Origin: Eubacteriales bacterium
GTDB taxonomy: Bacteria; Bacillota; Clostridia; Oscillospirales; CAG-272
NCBI GenBank assembly: GCA_045545665.1
Contig: JAZQBL010000025.1
Coordinates: 2,087-66,086 of the forward strand
Reading direction: 5' to 3'
Length of the DNA stretch: 64,000 nt
Under the pieces are notes generated by a model. It worked only from the letters and a program-made list of their open reading frames with translations. It had not been told where the DNA came from and did no database searches. Positions within the stretch are counted from its first letter, which is position 1, and every line of letters starts with the position of its first letter. The position numbers were made by a program, and so were the translations under genes. Shown piece by piece: positions 8,908-18,198 of the stretch.

Positions 8908-9474
8908 TTATCCCCACTTTACGAATTTATGTGTGAGCAGTTCACCTTTGTTTTTTTCTTCTTGAAGCTCTGTAAGTATTTCCGTAATTACATCTTCGAG
9001 GTGCTTGTTGTCGTCGTAAAATTGACCTGTTTGCGGATCGTCAAACACTCCGCAAAGATCCTTTACAAAATACGCGCCGAAGACGTGTGCAAGCAACACC
9101 TCAAAAGAGTCTTCACTTCTGCAGCTGATCTCAAGCACTAGCGTTGAATCTTTGATCGCTTTATCAAACGGTGATTTCTCGTCAGATCCTTTTTTAAATA
9201 ATCTGCCGATAAGACCGCCCTTCTTTTTCTCGGGTTGCGGAATATGGCGGTATTCAGATGAAAAAAGTTCAAAGCCCGACAAAAAAGCTCCGTCTTCCTC
9301 ATTTTCCGCAAAACGCATATCCGTAAACTTTATTTGTATAAAACCCGTATTTTTCAAAAGATCAAACGACGGATGAAGCACAACGCATAATCCGAGAGAG
9401 TTGCAATATTCTTCAAAATCTTCTGCAGAAAAATTTTCTGCATCTTTTAAGTAAATGTAGTAATCAATACTCAT
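8908..9474 (-). CDS. Hypothetical protein
   Basis: 188-aa ORF with AAGGA RBS; no family recognised. Confidence 0.7.
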   Translation of the reverse strand: MSIDYYIYLKDAENFSAEDFEEYCNSLGLCVVLHPSFDLLKNTGFIQIKFTDMRFAENEEDGAFLSGFELFSSEYRHIPQPEKKKGGLIGRLFKKGSDEKSPFDKAIKDSTLVLEISCRSEDSFEVLLAHVFGAYFVKDLCGVFDDPQTGQFYDDNKHLEDVITEILTELQEEKNKGELLTHKFVKWG

Positions 9475-9664
9475 ACGATTTTATCCTTAAACAATGGTTA
9501 TATAACAACGTGAAACCGAATCCGTATTTGTCATACCAAAAAGACATTTTGCCGTTTTGTGGATTCAGTTGAAAGAGCGACGTGTTCCGACACGCCGCTT
9601 TTTCTGCGAAGAAACGCACAAACGGTGCGTAAGTGTAGGTAAAAACGCAAAAAAGGTGCGTAAA

Positions 9665-9868
9665 TCAATAATCGGTTAACACCGCGATTCCATGTTTGTT
9701 GTATTTCGCACGAAAAACATCGGATTCTTCAAAATCACAATACATCCTCTTAAATTTCTTTATTGCCTGCTTTTTCGACCATGCTTTACAGATTGCACAG
9801 TCATCGTTTGCATTGTGTATTTCATCCCCTGCCATAGAACCGCTAATGTACAAGCAATAAACAAACAT
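9665..9868 (-). CDS. Small hypothetical protein (phage-like)
   Basis: ATG overlaps the stop of the four-helix-bundle gene (TAATG) and has an AAGGAG RBS; 67 aa ending GIAVLTDY. Confidence 0.6.
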   Translation of the reverse strand: MFVYCLYISGSMAGDEIHNANDDCAICKAWSKKQAIKKFKRMYCDFEESDVFRAKYNKHGIAVLTDY

Positions 9869-10218
9869 TATTGTCTCTCCTTTGCTGTATTGATAGAAGA
9901 AATAAGCATTACTCGAATACTCGTGCAAGCGGAATCAAGTGCTTTATATTCACTTTCTTCAATGTAGTTTGTCTTATACAAAAGCTCCAACCAATATCCC
10001 GTTTCGTTTGCTTCATTGAGTGCAATTTGAAGCTTGGCAATAAAATCTGCTTTACCGTGAGCGTATTGAGCCTCACGGATATTTGCGCCAATAGAGGTTC
10101 CGCTTCTGCCGATCTGGTTTGATATTATGGATTCTCTTTTCTCTTTGAGGACTTTTACAAGATTAATAATAGATACTGCAAAATCCATGGATTGGACAGA
10201 TAATTTATCGTTTCTCAT
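9868..10218 (-). CDS. Four helix bundle protein (23S rRNA IVS protein / bAvd-like fold)
   Basis: QIGRSGTSIGANIREA, DFIAKLQIALNEANETGYWLELL. Confidence 0.93.
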   Translation of the reverse strand: MRNDKLSVQSMDFAVSIINLVKVLKEKRESIISNQIGRSGTSIGANIREAQYAHGKADFIAKLQIALNEANETGYWLELLYKTNYIEESEYKALDSACTSIRVMLISSINTAKERQ

Positions 10219-10239
10219 AACATCACCTCTTTTGGTATA

Positions 10240-10268
10240 AGTATATCATATTTATCTCCGCTTGTCAA
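10240..10268 (-). promoter_or_regulatory. Sigma-A promoter of the four-helix-bundle gene
   Basis: TTGACA-17 nt-TATACT with TG extension. Confidence 0.7.
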
Positions 10269-10388
10269 TGAAGCATTGCCGCTGGCAATATGAAGCGAAG
10301 CGCGCATCCTCATGTGGCGAAGCCACGCTTCATAGCCGAAGGCTGCTTCATTAGCAAAGCGTCTTCATGCGCCGCAGGCGCGCTTCAT
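10268..10388. repeat. ATGAAG/CTTCAT-punctuated mini-hairpin array
   Basis: On +, 2x ATGAAG, then CCTCAT and 4x CTTCAT, mostly separated by short GC hairpins. Confidence 0.65.
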
Positions 10389-10390
10389 TC

Positions 10391-10430
10391 AAAAAACGCA
10401 CCTTTGTCGTTAGACAAAAGTGCGTTTTTT
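10391..10430 (-). terminator. Terminator after tRNA-Leu
   Basis: Minus strand AAAAAACGCACTTTTGTC-taac-GACAAAGGTGCGTTTTTT. Confidence 0.75.
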
Positions 10431-10432
10431 GT

Positions 10433-10519
10433 TGGTGCGGGTAACAGGACTTGAACCTGCACATCCTTGCGAACATAAGAACCTGAATCTTACGCGTCTG
10501 CCAATTCCGCCACACCCGC
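10433..10519 (-). tRNA. tRNA-Leu(CAG)
   Basis: GCGGGTGTGGCGGAATTGGCAGACGCG...TAAGA-TT-CAG-GT-TCTTA, long variable arm, GGTTCAAGTCC, CCA end. Confidence 0.96.
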
Positions 10520-10726
10520 ATATTTAATTGTAATTCGTGGCATCCGCTATCGCGTGACAGCTTCAAGCATAGTCGTCTTTCTCACTGCCGCTCGAAATCC
10601 TCCTTGCTTGTGCGCCTTCTCGGACTCGCTTCATCACCCACCGGGTGCGCTCGTCCTCGAAGCTGCCAATTCCGCCACACCCGCATATTTAATTGTAATT
10701 CGTAGCATCAGCTACGGCGTGACAGC
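10498..10726. repeat. 64-bp direct repeat (10498-10561 and 10663-10726) containing the tRNA-Leu 5' 22 nt, flanking a ~100-bp insert
   Basis: CTGCCAATTCCGCCACACCCGCATATTTAATTGTAATTCGT...GCGTGACAGC present twice with 4 mismatches. Confidence 0.85.
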
Positions 10727-10763
10727 CTTGCCCTTCACCAAAGAAACAACTATCAGCTTTAAA

Positions 10764-10792
10764 ATAATAACACAGAATAACTGTTTTGTCAA
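10764..10792 (-). promoter_or_regulatory. Promoter for tRNA-Leu
   Basis: TTGACA-17 nt-TATTAT. Confidence 0.6.
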
Positions 10793-10878
10793 GATAAAAG
10801 GTGAAAATAATTTATCGGTTTGTATTGACATATCAGCTCTATAGGTTTATAATAAACTAAACCAAGTTGGAGACGAAT

Positions 10879-13134
10879 ATGAAAAAGATTTTAAATCGTA
10901 TAAAGGACAATGCAATAAATAACGCCGGTGCTTTTAAAGGTCGGCCTTTTGTTTTTTGCACCGTTATTTCCGTTTCGTTTTTAATTTTATGCTTTTTATC
11001 AACCTCCTTTCGCTTGCGCTTTCTTCTTACTCTGCTGTCTTTTATATCCGCCATATTTTTCGGAACAAGCAAAAAAAGACCGTTAAAATTCGGAATTTAT
11101 ACAAACTACATATACACTCTTGCTTGCATTATGTGTTTTATCTTCGGTATAGAATCAATATTCTTTTGTGACATAAACCCTCGCACCTGTGAAAAATACA
11201 TAAAAGACGATGCTTTTATAACCGCTTACGCCGTTCCCGATACATCAAACAAAGTAAAGATCACAAAAATTGACGGTGACGAGGTGTCATTCTTCTGTAC
11301 TTTAAACGGTGCATACACTCCAAAAGATTATGAAATATTCACCTGCAGAGGAAGCATCAGCAGAACAGATACACGTTCGCCTTTAAGAAATACCTATTAC
11401 ATCGGAAACAATATTTTACTGACAGTAAACACAGACTATGTTCATTTGACAACAGAGCGTGCTGACACCGTATTTGCACGTTTTCACAATATCAACAGAA
11501 TGGTACGTTCCTGTATATACGAATACTGCGAAGACAACCCGGGATTTATTTCAGGTATCTTTTTAGGTAACAAAGAAGATATTCCGGCGTCGATAATGTC
11601 GGATTTTTCCCATTTGGGTATATCCCATATCATCGCCGTAAGCGGTATGCACGTTATCGCCGCATTGGCAGTGCTGTCTTTCTTCTTCAAAAAGTTTATT
11701 CCGAGCAAGTCTCTGCGTTCCTTTCTTTTGATTCCTGCCGCAATTTTTTACACACTCGTAACGGGATGCATTTATTCGGCTATACGTGCCGCCATAATGT
11801 TCGTTTTGCTCAATGCGGCAACCGTTTTGCTAAAGCGAAGCGACTCGCTGACTTCCCTTTTCATCGCACTTTACCTTATCTGTCTTTTTCAGCCGTACGC
11901 TGTTTTTGATATATCTCTTCAACTTTCCGTTGCCTCCACTGCAGGCATTATTATTTTCGGCGTACCCGCAAACAACAAGATACACAAATTCATTCGCTTA
12001 AAAAGCAAAAGCGTACCAAAAAGTATTTTATACGTTTCGGATTCCGTTATAATATCTCTTTCGGCAATTTTTCCTATAATACCCTTAACCGCATACTATT
12101 TTGGGAAGACCTCAGCTTTAAGCCCTCTTATGACACTTTTGATCTCACCGTTTGTTTTGGTGATACTCTATTTTACCCCGTTTATATTCTTTCTTTCAAA
12201 AATACCCGCTCTTGCATCTTTGGCAGGTCAGGTATGTGATTCTGCAGCAGAGATATCCATCAGCATTGCCGACTTTGCATCCCGACATATAAATTTTGAA
12301 ATATCGCTTGAATATGTTTTTTCTCGGTACGTTATCGCAGGTTCTCTTATATGTTTGTTTTTGCTTCTTATTGCCGGGATAAGAAAAAAGCGTGTATTCG
12401 CATCGGCTTGCGGTATTTTTGCCGCCGTTTATCTCATATGTATGAGTGCTTATCACATATCCGCACGAAACAACGAAGAACTTATATACGTATGCAAAGC
12501 AGATGACGTGATATGCCATATCGAAGGAAACCGTGCTGTAGCAATCGACGTCACAAACGGTTCTCTTTCCTCTTACAACAGACTGTTTGATGAGCTGAAC
12601 AAGCGCGGCATAACAAAACTCGACACCTTAATAATAACGAGATGCAGTGAAAATCATTCACGGCTTATAGGCAATATCGTTTCAAATTACGGAATAAACA
12701 GACTTATTATTCCAAAGGGCGATCTTTATTCCGAACACGTCGGTGTGAGCGCCGAAAAAGCCGACGTGCCGTATTCATATTACAACTATGAAGACGGTCT
12801 TTCCGCACCCGAGCACAACATAAAAGTAAGTCCTGTATACTACCTCGGACTTCCGAGAGGATGCACCGTAAAAATAAAAGATATGATGTATTCCTCGGGA
12901 AGAACGTTCGATATTCCGACGGACGAACACTTTTCAGTGTTTATGTACGGCACTTTTTCGGATATAACGGAAATATCTCTCGTTCCCGTTGAGAACACAG
13001 ACCTCGCCCTTGTTCCGTACAAAATAAAGGAAAAGCTGTTTTTCCCAAAAGAATATGACAGCTATCAAAGCAGGGTAAACGTCAAGCTTTTCAACAACAC
13101 GGCAATCATTGATTTAAAAAAATTTGACGAATAG
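10879..13134 (+). CDS. comEC: ComEC/Rec2 competence protein
   Basis: GISHIIAVSGMHV, SAIRAAIM and SLQLS motifs; multiple TM segments; degenerate C-terminal MBL-like region. Confidence 0.88.
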   Translation: MKKILNRIKDNAINNAGAFKGRPFVFCTVISVSFLILCFLSTSFRLRFLLTLLSFISAIFFGTSKKRPLKFGIYTNYIYTLACIMCFIFGIESIFFCDINPRTCEKYIKDDAFITAYAVPDTSNKVKITKIDGDEVSFFCTLNGAYTPKDYEIFTCRGSISRTDTRSPLRNTYYIGNNILLTVNTDYVHLTTERADTVFARFHNINRMVRSCIYEYCEDNPGFISGIFLGNKEDIPASIMSDFSHLGISHIIAVSGMHVIAALAVLSFFFKKFIPSKSLRSFLLIPAAIFYTLVTGCIYSAIRAAIMFVLLNAATVLLKRSDSLTSLFIALYLICLFQPYAVFDISLQLSVASTAGIIIFGVPANNKIHKFIRLKSKSVPKSILYVSDSVIISLSAIFPIIPLTAYYFGKTSALSPLMTLLISPFVLVILYFTPFIFFLSKIPALASLAGQVCDSAAEISISIADFASRHINFEISLEYVFSRYVIAGSLICLFLLLIAGIRKKRVFASACGIFAAVYLICMSAYHISARNNEELIYVCKADDVICHIEGNRAVAIDVTNGSLSSYNRLFDELNKRGITKLDTLIITRCSENHSRLIGNIVSNYGINRLIIPKGDLYSEHVGVSAEKADVPYSYYNYEDGLSAPEHNIKVSPVYYLGLPRGCTVKIKDMMYSSGRTFDIPTDEHFSVFMYGTFSDITEISLVPVENTDLALVPYKIKEKLFFPKEYDSYQSRVNVKLFNNTAIIDLKKFDE

Positions 13135-13183
13135 AATTTGCATTTCCGTCCGATAATCCTCCTATAAAGTTCAGGAGGTACTT

Positions 13184-13852
13184 ATGTCGGAAGAAATGAA
13201 AAACGAAACACCGTCCGGTGTAAACGACGGAATGGCATATATCGGTGACGATAACTTTGTGATCGACTGTATAACGGTCATCGGACAAGTCGAAGGACAT
13301 TATTCATTACCGCAAGGGCAAAAAGCAACAAAATACGAGCATCTCATTCCGAGAATAACAGCGTGCGAAGAAAACGACAAAATAGACGGTCTTTTACTCG
13401 TTTTGAACACCGTCGGCGGAGACGTCGAGGCAGGTCTTGCAATAGCAGAGCTTGTTGCGACGATGAAGAAGCCGACCGTTTCGCTCGTTCTCGGCGGCGG
13501 TCATTCCATAGGAATACCGCTCGCGGTAAGTGCAAAAAGATCGTTTATCGTCCCCTCTGCCACTATGACTCTCCATCCTGTCAGAATGAACGGGCTTGTT
13601 ATAGGAGTCGAACAAAGCTTTGAATATTTTAAGCGTATGCAGGAAAGGGTAAACGATTTTATTTGTCTCAACTCAAGCATAGAACGCGAAAAACTCGAAC
13701 AAATGATGTACTCCACAAACGATATAGCCGCCGACATAGGCACGATAATAACGGGAAAAACGGCTGTCGAATACGGTCTTATAGACGAACTCGGCGGAAT
13801 ATCCTCCGCCCTTTCATCACTGCGCATCCTTGCTAAAAAACAGAAAGAATAA
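13184..13852 (+). CDS. tepA: ClpP-like protease TepA
   Basis: IGQVEGH, TKYEHLIP, LNTVGGDVEAGLAIAE, GGGHSIG and HPVRMNG. Confidence 0.9.
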   Translation: MSEEMKNETPSGVNDGMAYIGDDNFVIDCITVIGQVEGHYSLPQGQKATKYEHLIPRITACEENDKIDGLLLVLNTVGGDVEAGLAIAELVATMKKPTVSLVLGGGHSIGIPLAVSAKRSFIVPSATMTLHPVRMNGLVIGVEQSFEYFKRMQERVNDFICLNSSIEREKLEQMMYSTNDIAADIGTIITGKTAVEYGLIDELGGISSALSSLRILAKKQKE

Positions 13853-14044
13853 ACCCTGTGTTTTATAATATACCAACAGGAGCATCCACTGCAAACATTA
13901 ATCTTTACACCGTACAAAATATAAAATAACGTAATGATAATCAACAGCTATACACCATTTTTACGGAAAATAATATTGAAAAGCGGTTTATTTTATGATA
14001 TAATGTAGGCAACACGCAAAAAAACAGAGAGGTTAGGTGTCGCA

Positions 14045-14905
14045 GTGGAAAAAATAAAGAATTTTTTAGAATTCAATAAAGAAATTTTGGATCTTTACAA
14101 AACAAGAAATTCTTGTATTTTAAGAGATAAAAGATTCGGAATTGCGGACAACAAAGTAAACCTTCATTATTGGCGTTTTAGCAAAACGTGTGAAAACATA
14201 GGTGATTATTTATCTTCAGTGGTAGTTGATTATATGAAAGACTACTATAAGGTTGATGACAATATTACAACCGAAACAAAACATCTATATGCCATAGGTT
14301 CAATTTTGCAAGCCGGTAGGCAAAACGCCACCGTTTGGGGAAGCGGCTTTTTGGATCCTCTTACTCATAGAACCGCCCCCTTAATGAAATATTTAAGAAA
14401 ATTGGATATCAGAGCAGTGCGCGGACCGAACACACGTAACCATCTCATAGATTTAGGCTATAAGTGCCCGGAATCATACGGAGATCCTGCTGTTTTGATG
14501 CCATTGATATATCCGGGCAAACCAAGTCAAAAATCCAAAAACTACATTCTCATAAATCATTTTAGCGATGACACCTCATGCGAAAACAGTTTAAATATAT
14601 TGACAAACGATTATAAAAATTTCATAGATACGATCTTAAAATCAAAACTTGTCGTAAGCAGTTCTTTGCACGGCATAATCCTTTCTGAGGCATACGGAGT
14701 ACCCGCTATTCTTTATTTACCGAAAGGACTAAACAATTCACTGTTCAAATATGAAGATTACTATTATTCAACCGAAAGATTCGATTTTCCCATTGCAAAA
14801 AGCATAGATGAGGCACTATCCATATCTCCGTGCAAATTACCGGATCTGTCAAATATGCAAAATCATTTGATCAATGTATTTCCGAAAGATCTTTGGCTTA
14901 ACTGA
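14045..14905 (+). CDS. Polysaccharide pyruvyltransferase family protein (ExoV/GumL-like)
   Basis: NIGDYLS, AVRGPNT, GDPAVL, SSSLHGII and FKYEDYY; AT-rich. Confidence 0.85.
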   Translation: MEKIKNFLEFNKEILDLYKTRNSCILRDKRFGIADNKVNLHYWRFSKTCENIGDYLSSVVVDYMKDYYKVDDNITTETKHLYAIGSILQAGRQNATVWGSGFLDPLTHRTAPLMKYLRKLDIRAVRGPNTRNHLIDLGYKCPESYGDPAVLMPLIYPGKPSQKSKNYILINHFSDDTSCENSLNILTNDYKNFIDTILKSKLVVSSSLHGIILSEAYGVPAILYLPKGLNNSLFKYEDYYYSTERFDFPIAKSIDEALSISPCKLPDLSNMQNHLINVFPKDLWLN

Positions 14906-14934
14906 TAATATCAGAAGAGTATATATCACAGTAT

Positions 14935-14967
14935 AAACTTCTTCCGCTTTAACGGGAGAAGTTTTTT
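14935..14967 (+). terminator. Intrinsic terminator
   Basis: AAACTTCTTCCG...CGGGAGAAGTTTTTT. Confidence 0.65.
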
Positions 14968-15133
14968 GTGTTTACCTTTTAAACTTTGTATGGATTTTAA
15001 TTAACTGTTAGTTCACTCACACTACATACAGCGAGTGAGCTATTCAGCAAGAATATTATTCATTATTTACTGTTGAAATATGCTTTTAAATATGTTATAA
15101 TGGTTTTGTATAATTTATTGAAAGGCGTTTGAT

Positions 15134-15637
15134 ATGAGAAAGTTATCGGAATATATTGAGATCGGGCGTGTAAACAACACCCACGGAATACACGGAGAGG
15201 TGAAGGTGGAAGTCTGGTGTGACGACATTGAAGAATTTTTATCTTTGAAAACACTTTACACCGAAAGCGGTGAGCCTCTTAAAATTACATCTTCGAGACG
15301 CGCCGACAAAATAGCCGTCGTAAAATTTGACGGTTTTACAAATCCCGAGCAATGTGCAAAGCTTAAGGGAAAGTCTGTTTTTGCTAAAAGAGACGATCTT
15401 ACGCTTCCCGAGGGAAGATACTACATTTGCGATCTTATGGGGCTTCCGGTATTCGACGTTGAAACGAACGAAAAGATAGGCGTCATATGTGACATACTTG
15501 AAAAGCCTGCTTCATTCGTTTACACCGTGAAAACGGAAAACGGTGAATTTATGATCCCCGACGTCGATGAATTTATAAAAAAGGTCGATATAAACGATGG
15601 AATGTATATAAAGCTCATTCCCGGACTTATAGACTAA
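15134..15637 (+). CDS. rimM: Ribosome maturation factor RimM
   Basis: IGRVNNTHGIHGEVKV and YYICDLMGL; precedes trmD. Confidence 0.95.
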   Translation: MRKLSEYIEIGRVNNTHGIHGEVKVEVWCDDIEEFLSLKTLYTESGEPLKITSSRRADKIAVVKFDGFTNPEQCAKLKGKSVFAKRDDLTLPEGRYYICDLMGLPVFDVETNEKIGVICDILEKPASFVYTVKTENGEFMIPDVDEFIKKVDINDGMYIKLIPGLID

Positions 15638-15646
15638 GGAAAATTT

Positions 15647-16351
15647 ATGAGAATAGATATAATGACACTTTTCCCCGAGGCGCTTGACGCTTTTCTTTCT
15701 GAAAGCATCATCGGACGTGCGCGTGCTTCGGGAGCTGTTGAAATAAACTTTCACAACATCCGCGACTATTCCGAAGACAAGCACAGAAGAGTAGACGACA
15801 CTCCCTATGGCGGAGGAATGGGTATGCTTATGGCGGCTCCGCCTATATACAATTGCTTTTCGGCGATCACAGAGGGAAAAGAAAACGAAAACCGTTACGT
15901 TGTGTATATGTCACCCGGCGGCAAAACATTAAATCACGAGAAGGTAAAACAGCTTGCAAAGTACGACAATCTCGTTATTCTGTGCGGACATTATGAAGGA
16001 GTTGACCAAAGAATAATCGACGAAATAGTAAACGAGGAAATATCCATCGGAGACTACGTGCTTACAGGGGGAGAGCTTCCTGCGTGTGTACTTACCGACT
16101 GTGTCTGCCGTCTTTTGCCGGGTGTCCTTTCCGATAACGTTTGCTTTGAGGACGAAAGCTTTGCTACAGGTCTTCTCGAATATCCACAATACACTCGTCC
16201 TTACGAATATCACGGTGTGAAAGTTCCCGACGTGCTTATTTCGGGAAATCATGCAAAGATTGCAGAATACAGGCATCGGGAAGCGTACGAAAAAACAATG
16301 CGTGTACGTCCCGACCTGCTTGAAGATAAAAAGGAACATTCAAAAATATGA
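15647..16351 (+). CDS. trmD: tRNA (guanine37-N1)-methyltransferase
   Basis: VDDTPYGGGMGM, CGHYEGVDQR, SIGDYVLTGGE and LEYPQYTRP. Confidence 0.97.
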   Translation: MRIDIMTLFPEALDAFLSESIIGRARASGAVEINFHNIRDYSEDKHRRVDDTPYGGGMGMLMAAPPIYNCFSAITEGKENENRYVVYMSPGGKTLNHEKVKQLAKYDNLVILCGHYEGVDQRIIDEIVNEEISIGDYVLTGGELPACVLTDCVCRLLPGVLSDNVCFEDESFATGLLEYPQYTRPYEYHGVKVPDVLISGNHAKIAEYRHREAYEKTMRVRPDLLEDKKEHSKI

Positions 16352-18198
16352 AAAACGCCAAAAAGAAGAAAAGCAGTAATTGCGGTGTTATATTGAATCT
16401 GCTTTTCACACTGTATTCTTTTCTTGTAAGAAAAGCCAAAAGCAGTCTAACCCACAAGTTTTTTGTTTCTGACGAAAAGTCGGAGGAAAAGCAAAAAAGC
16501 AGTTTTTTAATGACGGCTTTAAGTTCCGTTTTTCCAAAAGAAAAAGTACTTAAAATACGCAGGAAAATCGCCGCCGCGCTCGTAAAAGCACCAATAATAC
16601 GAAACAGCGATTCAATTTTGGATTCGTTCATATCCTGCAGATGCAGAGACTACGGTGTATTTTTTCTTTCATTCGGAATATACTCACTTCTGAGCTGTAT
16701 AGTCGACAGATACTTTTTTTCGGACAACGCACCTACTTTGGCATCGTACGTTGCTTGTGCCGTATCTGTTTTCATTTCCATTCCGTTGCTAAAGGAAAAG
16801 CGTTCATTCGGACATTATGCAAACACGTCCGCTATGGCAGGGTTTATAATTTTCGACGTTCTCGGGGCACGTAAACACGAAATATATCCCGTGAATGCAA
16901 AGCTTGCCCCTGCGGGTCTTGCTCTCCTGCTCGGTATGGGGTTCGGACTTATATCGTTTATAATAACTCCGATCAAGATGGCTTTGCTGCTTTTATTTAT
17001 CTTCCTTTCGTTTTGGATACTTCACACACCGGAAGCCGGAATGATCGTAGTATGCCTCATACTTCCTTTTTTGGATCTGAAATATACGGTTCTCATTTTA
17101 TCAGTCACACTTGTATCGTACGTTTTAAAGATCTTACAGCTCAAGCGCACCGCAAAATTCGGATATACGGATCTGTGGGTAGCAGTTTTCGCACTGATAT
17201 TTTTAACAGGTATTCCAAAAGGTGCAAACGGAAGCATCACAATAAACAACGTACTTATCTGCACCCTTTTCATTTGCTCATTCTTCCTTGTCAAAAATCT
17301 CATATCCTCGTATGAATGGATAAAGAGATTTTTTATGGCAAATATATTTTCACTCACAGGCGTATCGTTCATTTCATTGATACATGTACTGTCGTACGAC
17401 AGCGACGGTATCGTTTTATCCGTTCTTTCATCGGCAAAGCACGGTATATCTTCCATGTTCGACACTCCCGACGTTCTTGCTGTATATATTCTTTCTTCCA
17501 TTCCGTTGCTTTTTACAATGGCAAAGAAAAGTGTGTCCGGTAAAGAAAAAAGAACGTCACGGTTTATAGCCTTTGCAAGTATATGCACACTTTTCTTCAC
17601 CGTTTCATACGGCGGATATTTTTCGTTTTTCATTACTCTTTTCGTATTTTTGCTTATGTACGGCAAAAAAACGTTCGCTTTTGCAACGCTTTCCGTTCTC
17701 CCCGTTTCTGCAATTGCGGCAATAATTTCGCAAATTGAGGGCTTTTCGATATTCAACGCTTTTGCAAATTCAAGCTCCGTTTCTTATGCGGCAAAAGAAG
17801 CGTTTGCATCGGTTGCAGCATATCCTCTTTGCGGAACCGGTCTGAAAGAGATACAAAGTACGTTTACACCGTTTTATCTGTGCATTACCTCACAGCTCGG
17901 TATTCCCTGCCTCGTCGTGTTTATGATAATCATCTTTGAATTCTGCAAATCCACGGTATCCTCCGTTTATTCCGACAAAGCAAATACCGCAAGTGCGAAA
18001 TACGCATATTTTGCCGCAGCACCTGCAGTTTCGGTAATGTCAATACTGCTGTTGGGATTTTTCTCCTCAGCGCCTATGACCCCTGTAGGTATCCTGATAT
18101 TGTTTATGTTCCTCGGCTTCGGATTCGGGATCAGCGAATACGTCAGGTGCGAAAATGCTTTACTTTCCGACATGGGAAGGGAGAGTGATCTGAAATGA
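16348..18198 (+). CDS. Polytopic membrane protein, O-antigen ligase/polymerase-like
   Basis: Many TM segments; SMFDTPDVLA and PLCGTG resemble degenerate Wzy_C motifs. Confidence 0.55.
   Translation: MKNAKKKKSSNCGVILNLLFTLYSFLVRKAKSSLTHKFFVSDEKSEEKQKSSFLMTALSSVFPKEKVLKIRRKIAAALVKAPIIRNSDSILDSFISCRCRDYGVFFLSFGIYSLLSCIVDRYFFSDNAPTLASYVACAVSVFISIPLLKEKRSFGHYANTSAMAGFIIFDVLGARKHEIYPVNAKLAPAGLALLLGMGFGLISFIITPIKMALLLLFIFLSFWILHTPEAGMIVVCLILPFLDLKYTVLILSVTLVSYVLKILQLKRTAKFGYTDLWVAVFALIFLTGIPKGANGSITINNVLICTLFICSFFLVKNLISSYEWIKRFFMANIFSLTGVSFISLIHVLSYDSDGIVLSVLSSAKHGISSMFDTPDVLAVYILSSIPLLFTMAKKSVSGKEKRTSRFIAFASICTLFFTVSYGGYFSFFITLFVFLLMYGKKTFAFATLSVLPVSAIAAIISQIEGFSIFNAFANSSSVSYAAKEAFASVAAYPLCGTGLKEIQSTFTPFYLCITSQLGIPCLVVFMIIIFEFCKSTVSSVYSDKANTASAKYAYFAAAPAVSVMSILLLGFFSSAPMTPVGILILFMFLGFGFGISEYVRCENALLSDMGRESDLK

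Noticed and set aside
9868-10388. Diversity-generating retroelement (Avd-like protein plus hairpins)
   Set aside because: No reverse transcriptase and no TR/VR pair with adenine-specific mismatches seen
10268-10388. CRISPR array
   Set aside because: Repeat unit is only 6 bp, spacers are short hairpins, and there are no cas genes
10351-10844. ORFs 10351..10566 and 10554..10844
   Set aside because: Overlap tRNA-Leu and its duplicated leader
13121-13135. 15-bp exact match AATTTGACGAATAGA to 41204-41218
   Set aside because: Lies in the comEC coding end; one or two such matches are expected by chance in 64 kb
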